Below are positions 9,975-18,157 of a stretch of DNA of 64,000 nt, in pieces. Source of the stretch: a virus; the IMG/VR virus record IMGVR_UViG_3300009514_000001, positions 47,894-111,893 of that record, one strand, 5' to 3'. A model generated the notes under the pieces. The model was not told where the DNA came from and ran no database searches. It saw nothing but the letters and a program-made list of their open reading frames with translations. Each line of letters starts with the position of its first letter. Positions within the stretch are counted from its first letter, which is position 1. Made by a program: the position numbers and the translations under genes.

Positions 9975-10235
9975 GAGTCAAGGTTATCGAAGCGGACCGA
10001 TGGTTTCCCAGCTCGAAGACGTGTTCTGGGTGCGGGGAAGTAAAGTCTGACTTGAGTTTGTCGGACCGGACGTACGAATGTTCGGGGTGCGGTCTCAAAC
10101 TAGATCGAGACCTGAACGCCGCAATCAATTTGAAGCAGTTGGCCGGGAGTTCGGCGGTATCAGCCTGTGGAGAGGACGTAAGACCATCAGGAGAGCTTGC
10201 TCACCTGATGGCGACCTCGATGAAGCAGGAACCGG
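9975..10235 (+). mobile_element. tnpB: IS200/IS605-family tnpB remnant (C-terminal zinc finger and RuvC-III) with probable omegaRNA/right-end region
   Basis: DRWFPSSKTCSGCG...YECSGCGLKLDRDLNAAINL; GCCTGTGGAG...GAAGCAGGAA tail; 5' part of the gene absent. Confidence 0.85.
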
Positions 10236-10260
10236 ACAGAGGAAAAAGTTCTGGAGAACG

Positions 10261-10288
10261 GGTCCAGTTGACTCCTCGCGGTCGTATA
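10261..10288 (+). promoter_or_regulatory. putative promoter, GGTCC-N14-GGTCGTATR
   Basis: same motif and spacing at 17185-17212 and 32414-32441, each shortly upstream of a start codon. Confidence 0.7.
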
Positions 10289-10324
10289 TAGGTATAAGAC
10301 CTATTCCGTCGCAAGGAGAAGACG

Positions 10325-11065
10325 ATGACGAACGCCAACAGTACCCTCACAGCCGCCGCTCTTTCTGATGCAGACAACGATGCGCTCACCCGCATCATCA
10401 CGCGCAAGAAAGGCATCTCCCGAGGCAAGGGAAACAACCGCAAAGTCTACGGAGACGACCTGGTCGAAGTCCTCGTGGTGACCGGCTTCGACTATCACGA
10501 GGTCGTCGAGCGCTCCTGGCAGGAGCTGAAGAACCTCGACATCAACGACGTCGTTGGAGAGCTTTCCGGACGTCTCGACGGCGAAGGCAACCCCATCACC
10601 CGAGACGACATCGGCGCCGCGATGAAGGAGCTGCAAGCCAGCTTCTCGGCCAGCCTCGACGGCCGCAACCACGCCTCGACAGAGGGTAACTTCGAGACCC
10701 TGGAGGTCGACGGACAGAAGGTTCGAACAGTCAAGGTCTACAAGGGCCCGAAGACGGGGCAGAAGCGGGCCACCGAGGGTCTGGCACCGGGGACCATCTA
10801 CATCCACGGCCTCAAACTCTCAGAGAAGGTCCTGGAGCCAGCAGCCAATGGGCCCAAGCCCAAGAGCAATTCCTCGGCGAAAACCATCGCCAAGCGGTTC
10901 GTTCGTGGTAAGCTCTCGGTGGGTTCCTACGTGAGCTACGAGCTGCCTCCCGAAGGCAAGCCGTTCATCGTTCGTCCAGGAGGGACGACCCCGTTCCATT
11001 CGGACGGCAGTCGCATCCGGTTCCGCAACGCCACCGTCGAAACCCTCTTCGGTATTGCAGGGTGA
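10325..11065 (+). CDS. hypothetical protein
   Basis: AAGGAG RBS; 246-aa ORF downstream of the promoter motif. Confidence 0.8.
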   Translation: MTNANSTLTAAALSDADNDALTRIITRKKGISRGKGNNRKVYGDDLVEVLVVTGFDYHEVVERSWQELKNLDINDVVGELSGRLDGEGNPITRDDIGAAMKELQASFSASLDGRNHASTEGNFETLEVDGQKVRTVKVYKGPKTGQKRATEGLAPGTIYIHGLKLSEKVLEPAANGPKPKSNSSAKTIAKRFVRGKLSVGSYVSYELPPEGKPFIVRPGGTTPFHSDGSRIRFRNATVETLFGIAG

Positions 11066-11096
11066 GTACGACCCCGCATGAGCGGGGATGTTCCCA
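11066..11096 (+). CRISPR. solitary type I-E-like CRISPR repeat unit
   Basis: GTACGACCCCGCATGAGCGGGGATGTTCCC: CCCCGC/GCGGGG stem, 4-nt loop, GATGnnCCC end. Confidence 0.55.
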
Positions 11097-11106
11097 AACG
11101 GGAACA

Positions 11107-11196
11107 GGTCATTGACCGCTATTGACCTCCTCCGCGAGCACGGAGATTCCCGGTCATTGACCGCTATTGACCTCCTCCGCGAGCACGGAGATTCCC
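11107..11196. repeat. perfect 45-bp tandem duplication containing a degenerate repeat-like hairpin
   Basis: GGTCATTGACCGCTATTGACCTCCTCCGCGAGCACGGAGATTCCC x2. Confidence 0.95.
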
Positions 11197-11206
11197 AAAG
11201 GAGCAC

Positions 11207-11740
11207 ATGACAGACACCATTCTTTTCCAAAATCGCTGGGTCAAGGTCATCGACCGTGACGGCTACACCATGGTCCACGGGGCCGGGAATGCCGTCGCGG
11301 TTCTCCCCTTTCGAGGGGCGGTCGGCCAAGCCACAACCGCTGACGTGGAGTTCCTGGCTCGCATCGAGCCCTGTCCTCCCCACGGACCGAAGCCCCACCT
11401 CTGTGGCATTACGGGGGGCATCGAGGGCCGGGAGAAGCCGGTCGACGCTGCGGTGAGGGAGACCTTCGAGGAGTCTGGGTTCCGGGTCACCAGGGAACAA
11501 CTGGTTCGCCTGGGCATGGTATGGCCGAGCAAGATGTCGACCACCATCATGCACCTGTTCGCCGTCGATGTGTCCAGCGTCCCCTGGGAGACTCCCCCGG
11601 GGGACGGGACCGTCTACGAGGCCCAGTCGATGACTGTGTGGCTCCCTTACGAGAAGTCCGCCCTGGTCCCAGACGCAGTCTACTGCTCGATGATGCTACG
11701 CCTGGGACGGTTCTTCCGTGAGGGCCTCTGGGGCGGGTGA
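11207..11740 (+). CDS. NUDIX hydrolase
   Basis: Nudix box GGIEGREKPVDAAVRETFEESG; AAGGAG RBS. Confidence 0.9.
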   Translation: MTDTILFQNRWVKVIDRDGYTMVHGAGNAVAVLPFRGAVGQATTADVEFLARIEPCPPHGPKPHLCGITGGIEGREKPVDAAVRETFEESGFRVTREQLVRLGMVWPSKMSTTIMHLFAVDVSSVPWETPPGDGTVYEAQSMTVWLPYEKSALVPDAVYCSMMLRLGRFFREGLWGG

Positions 11741-12853
11741 GTCTCCGAAGAGGTCGAGTATGCCGCCCTCGGAGGGCGCCGCGGAACGTTCTTCGTTGAG
11801 TTGGAAGAGTCGGTCGAGTAGTTCATCCTCGACTGGTCGTGTCCAGCATAGCTCGGAACGTCGAGGTCGTCCCACCCGTAGCTTCTGAGGACCTCCATCT
11901 CTTCGTGGAGCTGTTGAAGCGGGTAGTTCGCCGGCCTTGATAGTGTTGTAGAGCTTGATAGTGTTGTAGAGCTTCGTCAGGACCTGGTTCCTACGTCCTG
12001 AATGTGGACGGATTCACGCTGGCTCCGGAAGAGCGTGACGCCCTTATCGACAAGGACCCGAGGAACGCCCAAAGAATCTTCCCCTACATCGGAGGAAAAG
12101 AGGTCAATAGCTCACCGACTCAAGACTTCCATCGATACATCATCAACTTCGGCCAGATGTCGCTGGAAGAGGCCGAACAGTGGTCAGACCTGGTTGAGCG
12201 GCTGAGAAGACTCGTCAAACCGGAGAGAGATAAGCTCAAAAGAGACAATTACCGACTACTCTGGTGGAGGTTTGGAGAGCCCCAAGTAGGCCTCTACCGC
12301 GCCCTCTCCGGACTACATCGTTGTTTGGTTACGGCTGCGACTTCGAAGCATGTGATGTTCTCGTTTCAGCCGGCGGGGAGGGTGTTCGGTCACGTCCTCT
12401 ACGTGTTCCCTTTGGAGTCGTGGACGGCCTTCGCGGTGCTCCAGTCTCGGGTCCACGAGTACTGGGCTCGCATCATGGGCTCTTCTCTTCAAGGAACTTC
12501 CCGCTATACGGCGGAGACCTGCTTTCGAACCTTCCCCTTTCCTCGTGAGGACCCCAAAGAGGTCATCCTCTCGGAAGGCATCGGACAGCGGCTCTATGCC
12601 GCCCGAGCCGAGTGGATGACCTCGAATCAGAAACGAAACTCAGACCCTTGTTGGCCCCCAACGGGAGGGGGTCCGGGCGCTCCGGAGCCCGACGTAGACG
12701 AGAGTTCAGCGCGGCCGTCACTGGGTCCGGGCGCTCCGGAGCCCGACGTAGACGAGAGTTCAGCGCGGCCGTCACTGCGGCCGTCACTGGGTCCGGGCGC
12801 TCCGGAGCCCGACGTAGACGAGAGTTCAGCGCGGCCGTCACTGCGGCCGTCAC
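11741..12853. pseudogene. rearranged copy of the stand-alone MmeI-like TRD gene: N- and C-termini on the minus strand, central part (about 11983-12633) inverted onto the plus strand
   Basis: piecewise high similarity to 48658-49632; the C-terminal part has indels and has lost its stop codon. Confidence 0.85.
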
Positions 12854-12855
12854 TG
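12669..12855. repeat. three tandem copies of a 54-bp unit with nested 12-bp duplications (encodes VTAALNSRLRRAPERPDP on the minus strand)
   Basis: units start at 12669, 12723 and 12789. Confidence 0.95.
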
Positions 12856-13557
12856 AAGGGTCTGTCGAGATTCCGCCAGGTCACTCCTGGTCCTAACCAC
12901 CCATTCCACCACTTCGGCAACCAGCTCGTCCTGGGTCTTCGTGGCATCCAGAATGACCCTCCCTTTGCGGGGAGTGTTCGAGTAGGGGCCTTCGACCAGG
13001 TCGAGATAGGCCTGGCGGTACTGGGCGAGCTGGTCAGGAGTCTCGAATGAATCCGCTTTTCGACCGGCCTGGATGCGCTCGTAGGCCACCTCTGGAGCCA
13101 GGTCCATGACCAGGAGGAGGTCGGGAACTGGGCAAATCTGCGTGGCCTCGAACCAGATGCGCTGCCGCAGACCGTATATCCCTCCTTGGGCCGGCATGCG
13201 CAACGCCTGATAGACGATGGTGCTGTGGTAGTAGCGGTCCGTGACGATGACTTCGCCGCGCTCCAGGGCCGGACGGATGACCCGACGGGCGTGCTCGGCA
13301 CGGTCGAGCATGAACAGCCAGTACTCCTCCAAGGGGGAGTAGCGCTCGTCCCTGCTCTCACAGAGAAGCCTGCCGAACTTCCCGTCGCGGGTCGGCTCCC
13401 TTGTCTGGGATGCTGGAAGGCCCTTTTCCCGGAGGGCGGGGACCAGGTTGTCCACGAGGGTGCTCTTGCCCGCGCCGTCCATACCCTCAACCACGACCAA
13501 CATGCCGTGGCCCACGACACCGGCAGGAACCGGCTGACCCGTCTTCATCATCGCCAT
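12850..13557 (-). CDS. tmk: thymidylate kinase
   Basis: VVEGMDGAGKST P-loop, TREP, DRAEH, DRYYHSTIVYQ, PDL. Confidence 0.95.
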   Translation of the reverse strand: MAMMKTGQPVPAGVVGHGMLVVVEGMDGAGKSTLVDNLVPALREKGLPASQTREPTRDGKFGRLLCESRDERYSPLEEYWLFMLDRAEHARRVIRPALERGEVIVTDRYYHSTIVYQALRMPAQGGIYGLRQRIWFEATQICPVPDLLLVMDLAPEVAYERIQAGRKADSFETPDQLAQYRQAYLDLVEGPYSNTPRKGRVILDATKTQDELVAEVVEWVVRTRSDLAESRQTLQ

Positions 13558-13567
13558 CTTCTCTCCT

Positions 13568-14569
13568 TCACATCTTGAACGACTTGGGGGCAGGACCCTT
13601 GAACCCCTCCCACGAGGTGATGTGGTCCCACCTCGACTCTTTACCATACCCACCCTCGCTCTGGGGTGTCTCGTAAGTCAAGCGCAGGACCTCCATAGCA
13701 CTCGCGCCCTTGCCTGCCTTCTCCTTTCCTACGCGGGTTCGCTTGTAAGCGGACCCACTGTTCTGGATACGGATGCAGGCGGCCAGTATCTGACCTCCAT
13801 TCGGTCCGTCGAGATCGGAAGTCCACCCGAAGTTCCGGGCCATCTTGAGGCCCTTGGCTCCATACTTCTTGAGCCACACCTCTGCCTGGAACTTCATCGC
13901 CTCCGGCTTGCGGGCCGCCCACCACCAGCCGGCACAAAGCCAGTTGTAGCGAGCCTGATGCCTGCGCTCTCCTTGTTTGGCCCGGACTCGTTCACGAATC
14001 CAGTCGTGGTCGCGCATATTCTCCGCCGTCTCAGCTCCCCAGGCCTGAGCTGACAGCTCCGGAAGGGCTCGAACGAACGAGGCCAGGAAGGGCGGCGCTG
14101 TCCCCGCCCAGTAATGGGCGATGCCGATACTGAACTCGTCCACAGAAACCCAGCTCTTGGGGTCTCGGCTGAACTTGCCCCCCGGCCTCCATCCGCTGAC
14201 CAAACGGAACATGGCGTCGTGCCACCTACCGTGTGAGGTGAAGGACTCCCAAGCTGGGGCCCTGATGGGATACCTGAGGTCTCCGGGTTCTTGGGCATGG
14301 TCGTACCCCCAGCGAGGGACGAAGATGGGCATGGGATGGAGGGTGAGCATCTCCTCGGAGAACGGTCCGTACCGGTGAACCAGCTCCTCTTGAGTGCCCG
14401 GTCCAAGCATCCCGTCAACGGTCAGCCTGAGGGCCTTCTGTTGCATCTCCACCCAGGCGACGCCGGCGAGAGTCGTCGGGTCAACCATGACACCGGTGGA
14501 CTGGCAGAGGAAAGGACCGGGAGCGCGCTTGCGGTTGTAGGCAATGGCCTTGTCGACATTGACAGCCAT
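13568..14569 (-). CDS. protein with N-terminal peptidoglycan-binding motif; possible lysin
   Basis: QKALRLTVDGMLGPGT; AGGAGG RBS. Confidence 0.65.
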   Translation of the reverse strand: MAVNVDKAIAYNRKRAPGPFLCQSTGVMVDPTTLAGVAWVEMQQKALRLTVDGMLGPGTQEELVHRYGPFSEEMLTLHPMPIFVPRWGYDHAQEPGDLRYPIRAPAWESFTSHGRWHDAMFRLVSGWRPGGKFSRDPKSWVSVDEFSIGIAHYWAGTAPPFLASFVRALPELSAQAWGAETAENMRDHDWIRERVRAKQGERRHQARYNWLCAGWWWAARKPEAMKFQAEVWLKKYGAKGLKMARNFGWTSDLDGPNGGQILAACIRIQNSGSAYKRTRVGKEKAGKGASAMEVLRLTYETPQSEGGYGKESRWDHITSWEGFKGPAPKSFKM

Positions 14570-14577
14570 GGAGACCT

Positions 14578-14604
14578 CCTGTGGTGAAGTGTCTTCACCA
14601 CAGG
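14578..14604 (-). promoter_or_regulatory. perfect 12-bp hairpin overlapping the RBS of the putative lysin
   Basis: CCTGTGGTGAAG-TGT-CTTCACCACAGG. Confidence 0.65.
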
Positions 14605-14633
14605 CGATTTCATAGGCTGGCTAGTGTCTCAGT

Positions 14634-15016
14634 TCAGTCTCCAAAGAGGTCGAGTATGCCGCCCTCGGAGGGCGCTGTAGTCCGTTCATTCAACACGAAG
14701 AGCCGGTCCAGCACTCCGTCCTCGAAATTCTGGTCGTGTTCGGTGTAGGGCGGGACGTCTAGGTCACCCCACCCGTAGGCTTTGAGGACCTCTCGGTCCA
14801 TCTCTTCGTGAAGCTGTTGGAGTTCGGGCAGCTCACCGGCCTTGATGGTGTTGTACAACTTCGTCAGGCCTTTCTGGTTCGAGGCCATCCACTTGGCCCG
14901 GGCCGCATAGAGACGCTGAGAACGGTGGAGCCCTGATGAATTGACCCTTCGTTGGCCTCTAGGGGCAAGGGGTCCGGACGCTCAGGACCTCGACGTAGAC
15001 GGGAGTTCAACGTCAT
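14634..15016 (-). pseudogene. internally deleted copy of the stand-alone MmeI-like TRD gene
   Basis: MTLNSRLRRGPERPDPLPLEANEG joined out of frame to QRLYAARAKWM...GGILDLFGD. Confidence 0.85.
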
Positions 15017-15306
15017 GCTGCGTTCCTCTCCGTGTGATGTCCGCCTCGTGGCCAGACCTTGGTCACAGGCTTCCTGCGCTGTCGAGTGTACCTCACCGTC
15101 GACCAGGTGTCAGGCGGGTGGACGACGATGAAGAACCCCAGTTCTCTGGCGATGCTGTGGGCCTGCTCGTCGGCCCCGACACAATCTCCATGGTGGAAGA
15201 CGGGCTGTGTGTTGCAGCGCTCTACGATGCGTCTGAGGAGCTTGTAGAGGGTCTGTCGCTGGAGGTCCGTCAGACCATCCCGTGTGCCAGTGAACCCTAC
15301 GTGCAT
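15013..15306 (-). CDS. small SLOG/YspA-like (DUF2493-like) protein, possibly truncated
   Basis: VGFTGTR...FHHGDCVGADEQAH. Confidence 0.65.
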   Translation of the reverse strand: MHVGFTGTRDGLTDLQRQTLYKLLRRIVERCNTQPVFHHGDCVGADEQAHSIARELGFFIVVHPPDTWSTVRYTRQRRKPVTKVWPRGGHHTERNAA

Positions 15307-15983
15307 CGCCTCGGCGGGACCAAAACCTCGAAGGAGTAGTCCTCCACCCCGAGGTGTTCGAGATAGAGGTCACAGACCCGAGTGAACCCCTTGTGGACAA
15401 GAACCCGCAGACGCTTCACGACCTGCCAGGTGGCTGGGTACTTGGACGCCAGTTGGCGGTCGCTCGAAAAGGGAGCCTTGGGCTTGAAGAAGTCCGGGTG
15501 GAGCTTGAGGGCCTTGACGATCTCTGCGCCCAGGAACTTGAGGGCGTCCTGAGTCTGCTTTGTCGCGGCCACCAGCAAGGAACCGTCCGTCAGAAGGGCT
15601 CGTTGCTCGCAGAGTTGAATGGCCTGGAAGAGGAATGGCTCTTCACTAAACTTGAAGTTTAGAATCTTGCCACCGGGGAGAAGGTTCTCCGTCGGCTTCA
15701 CAACCTGGAGCCCGTCCGACGGAGATGTAGAGACCCTCAGCTTGACCGTGCCGTAGAGCAACATCTGTTTGACCAGATGCCCCGAGAGCGTGGTGAACTC
15801 CTCGTTGAACCTGGCCAGGCCCCCTGCCACGGACTTGTCCGGGGACTCCGTCCACTGGTAGCGAGGGCGAGTGGCCAGGTTGAGCTGCAAGGTCAGGGCT
15901 CGAAGGCGGTCAACAGCCTGTCCGAGGATTGGATAGGTCTGGAGGGCCTGGTTGATGTGTTCGACTTGGTCCACAGCTCTCAC
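15297..15983 (-). CDS. hypothetical protein
   Basis: 228-aa ORF overlapping its neighbours in an operon-like way. Confidence 0.65.
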   Translation of the reverse strand: MRAVDQVEHINQALQTYPILGQAVDRLRALTLQLNLATRPRYQWTESPDKSVAGGLARFNEEFTTLSGHLVKQMLLYGTVKLRVSTSPSDGLQVVKPTENLLPGGKILNFKFSEEPFLFQAIQLCEQRALLTDGSLLVAATKQTQDALKFLGAEIVKALKLHPDFFKPKAPFSSDRQLASKYPATWQVVKRLRVLVHKGFTRVCDLYLEHLGVEDYSFEVLVPPRRCT

Positions 15984-16143
15984 CGGATTTCTTGGGACAC
16001 CACGACGGCTTCTCCCCTCCTACCTTAGGGTATTTTCCACCAAAGCGTGCACGTTGCGCTGCGTCCTTGTGTCGGCATTGCCCGAAAGCTCTCTTGTGCT
16101 GGCCATTGAACGATACAAAGAAAGAACACTTTGTGCAGGTCAT
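15910..16143 (-). CDS. small Cys-rich hypothetical protein
   Basis: CTKC...C...PSWCP; ATGA coupling with the upstream gene. Confidence 0.5.
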   Translation of the reverse strand: MTCTKCSFFVSFNGQHKRAFGQCRHKDAAQRARFGGKYPKVGGEKPSWCPKKSGESCGPSRTHQPGPPDLSNPRTGC

Positions 16144-17156
16144 TCCTCTCCTCGCATTCGGTAGGTTCGCCCCTCCACCTTACCCAGGGACTCGTCGCCG
16201 CGCTTGTACGGCTTGATATATCGGAATTGGTAGCGGGGGTCGTCCCGAGGACCGCACGGAACCCACCGGCCGTGACCTCGGACCCAGTGCTCCCGAAACC
16301 CCTTTCCGGCCTCATGGCGGACGTCGGACAGCTCGCTCTCGATGCCGGGACCCACGTAGGTGATGGTCGTGGGTGGAGGCATCTTGTCCTGGAGACGACT
16401 CCTGGCAGACCGTCCGGGACGCATGCTGGCCATGCGCTTCTGGAGCTTCTGCCGCCGCTTCTGATTCGGTTGGGTGATTTTGAGATCGGGATTGTCGGTC
16501 CCGATGTAAAGCATCATGTTGAACACCGTCCGGATGACCTTGCGACAAGTCCCATCGAGGATCTTGTCAATCTCGGGGTTGGTCTTTTCGAAGGAGACGT
16601 AGCCCTTGTGGACAGGACGATGTCCCGGAGCCCCCAAAATGAGGTCGACAACGGCCTCCAGATTGCCAAGCTCAGAGGCGTTATCCATGTCCATAGTCAT
16701 CCACAAGGTGGCGTCGTCCCCCAGGTCTTTGGACCTCTCATTCGGCTCCCCCCAGAACAGGAGATGGAGGACCCGTCGGTCTTCCTCATCGAACCTCTCA
16801 GCCATGTAGACACCACGGACCTTGTGCCACTGACTCCGAGAGCCTCCCCAGAGCAACCACTCGCAATCGGGTAAGGCCACGTAGAAGCCCTGATATGGGA
16901 TGCTCAGGGTGTCGACGGGAACCCTGGCAATAGACGTCTGGGAGAACATCTCCTGAAGCTCGGACCCCACACAGAACACCTGGTGGCCGTTTCGACGGTA
17001 CATCCAGATGGCGAAGAGAAGCTCGAATGCCGAACGGTCCTGGCTGTTCGCCTCGATGATTTGCAAGGCATGGTCTGCGGGTAGTGTCTTCAGTGCGTCC
17101 AGAGTCGAGCTGGCCTGGGGCTGAACCCTACGGAACATGTCGTCGTGTGGCTTCAT
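16140..17156 (-). CDS. phage hypothetical protein with C-terminal HxVRGH basic motif
   Basis: REHWVRGHGRWVPCGP...IKPYKRG. Confidence 0.75.
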   Translation of the reverse strand: MKPHDDMFRRVQPQASSTLDALKTLPADHALQIIEANSQDRSAFELLFAIWMYRRNGHQVFCVGSELQEMFSQTSIARVPVDTLSIPYQGFYVALPDCEWLLWGGSRSQWHKVRGVYMAERFDEEDRRVLHLLFWGEPNERSKDLGDDATLWMTMDMDNASELGNLEAVVDLILGAPGHRPVHKGYVSFEKTNPEIDKILDGTCRKVIRTVFNMMLYIGTDNPDLKITQPNQKRRQKLQKRMASMRPGRSARSRLQDKMPPPTTITYVGPGIESELSDVRHEAGKGFREHWVRGHGRWVPCGPRDDPRYQFRYIKPYKRGDESLGKVEGRTYRMRGEE

Positions 17157-17184
17157 GGTTGCCTCTGTGTGCTCTCTGCCGTTA

Positions 17185-17212
17185 CATACGACCCCTGACC
17201 AACAATAGGACC
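17185..17212 (-). promoter_or_regulatory. putative promoter, GGTCC-N14-GGTCGTATR
   Basis: second copy of the motif, 28 nt upstream of the ATG at 17156. Confidence 0.7.
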
Positions 17213-17227
17213 TACCTCACTTGCAAA

Positions 17228-17712
17228 GACCACCCTCGGAAAGTGAAACGACTGCTGAGAGAGCGATACCGTTCTAAACGGGACAGTTCCTTGGGAGTCG
17301 TCCAGCGGCGCAAGCCGCCTAACGCGCCCCACCGTTGGGCCGGAAGCTTACTACCAGGGTACGACCGCCAGGTCGGACTGGCACAGCTTCAAATTCGATA
17401 CCTAGCTTTGCCTAGGTTTTGAAGAACGGTTGGAAGGGGTTGCCCTCAGCCTCACGAAGTCACGTCTGACGGTACTTTTCGAGGCCGAGGACTTGTAAGG
17501 GGGGTCGGCAAACCCTCCGCCAACTAAAAGTCACCCCCTCTGACCCCATGCAGAATTAGTAGGCAAACCCCCTCTAGACCCCCACGGCCTAGTTCGCCTT
17601 TGTTTCTAGAGACTTACAACACAGGAAGATCCGAAAAGTCGTCTCACTAAGTCGAGGTGGCTTCTCCGGGTCGTTTCGGGCATATTGCCTCAAAACCGCC
17701 AGGGGCAAGGGC
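17228..17712 (+). ncRNA. candidate large structured non-coding RNA of unknown class
   Basis: about 590-nt gap without a credible ORF; many nested complementary segments and GNRA-like loops (see findings). Confidence 0.65.
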
Positions 17713-17718
17713 ACACCG

Positions 17719-17740
17719 TTGTGTCAGTCTTCTGACACAA
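17719..17740. terminator. hairpin between the candidate ncRNA and the convergent gene; possible terminator
   Basis: TTGTGTCAG-TCTT-CTGACACAA. Confidence 0.4.
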
Positions 17741-17750
17741 GCTGACACAA

Positions 17751-18014
17751 CTACAGGTCGTCCTTCAGCTCCTTCAGCCCCCTCAGTAACTCCGTCATGT
17801 CGTTCTGGAGGGCTCTCACCCTTGACTGACCCTTCCTCGCTTCATACTCCGAGGCCACCATCACCAGGGCCTTTGCCAGGTCTGGGGGCACGCGCTCCAG
17901 GACTACACCGGGACGCATGGCGGGGAGAATGTCACACCACCTCTGGTCGTCCTCCTCATAGAAGAACATAATCCAGGGCGGCTCGTGATACTGGGGCTTC
18001 GGCCGGTCGTCCAT
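17751..18014 (-). CDS. hypothetical protein
   Basis: 87-aa ORF with coiled-coil-like C-terminus. Confidence 0.6.
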   Translation of the reverse strand: MDDRPKPQYHEPPWIMFFYEEDDQRWCDILPAMRPGVVLERVPPDLAKALVMVASEYEARKGQSRVRALQNDMTELLRGLKELKDDL

Positions 18015-18017
18015 GGG

Positions 18018-18130
18018 TTACCTGAAAGAGAAGCAGTTTCGGCAGAGGGCCTCGTATGCCTCAGAGCCTCCGATGCGAACCTCTGAGCCGGCCTTCTGAC
18101 CCTTGTAGTGTGTGGTGTGCTGGAAGTGTA
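18018..18130 (-). pseudogene. thymidine kinase C-terminal remnant
   Basis: VRIGGSEAYEALCRNCF matches the TK lasso/zinc C-terminus; no room for the rest of the gene. Confidence 0.65.
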
Positions 18131-18157
18131 CACCAGGGAGGGGAGGGGGGGAACCGA

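Noticed and set aside
12669..12855. 54-bp repeats as a CRISPR array
   Set aside because: The units are contiguous with no unique spacers and encode the duplicated TRD N-terminus.
12004..13050. 348-aa plus-strand ORF as a normal gene
   Set aside because: Only 12004-12633 is protein-like (the inverted TRD core); the rest reads through repeats and antisense to tmk.
11741..15016. TRD variants as a diversity-generating retroelement
   Set aside because: No reverse transcriptase in the window, and the differences include indels and are not evidently adenine-specific.
17500..17575. GGCAAACC motifs as c-di-GMP-I riboswitches
   Set aside because: The remaining consensus was not identifiable and there is no downstream gene on that strand; more likely part of the larger RNA.
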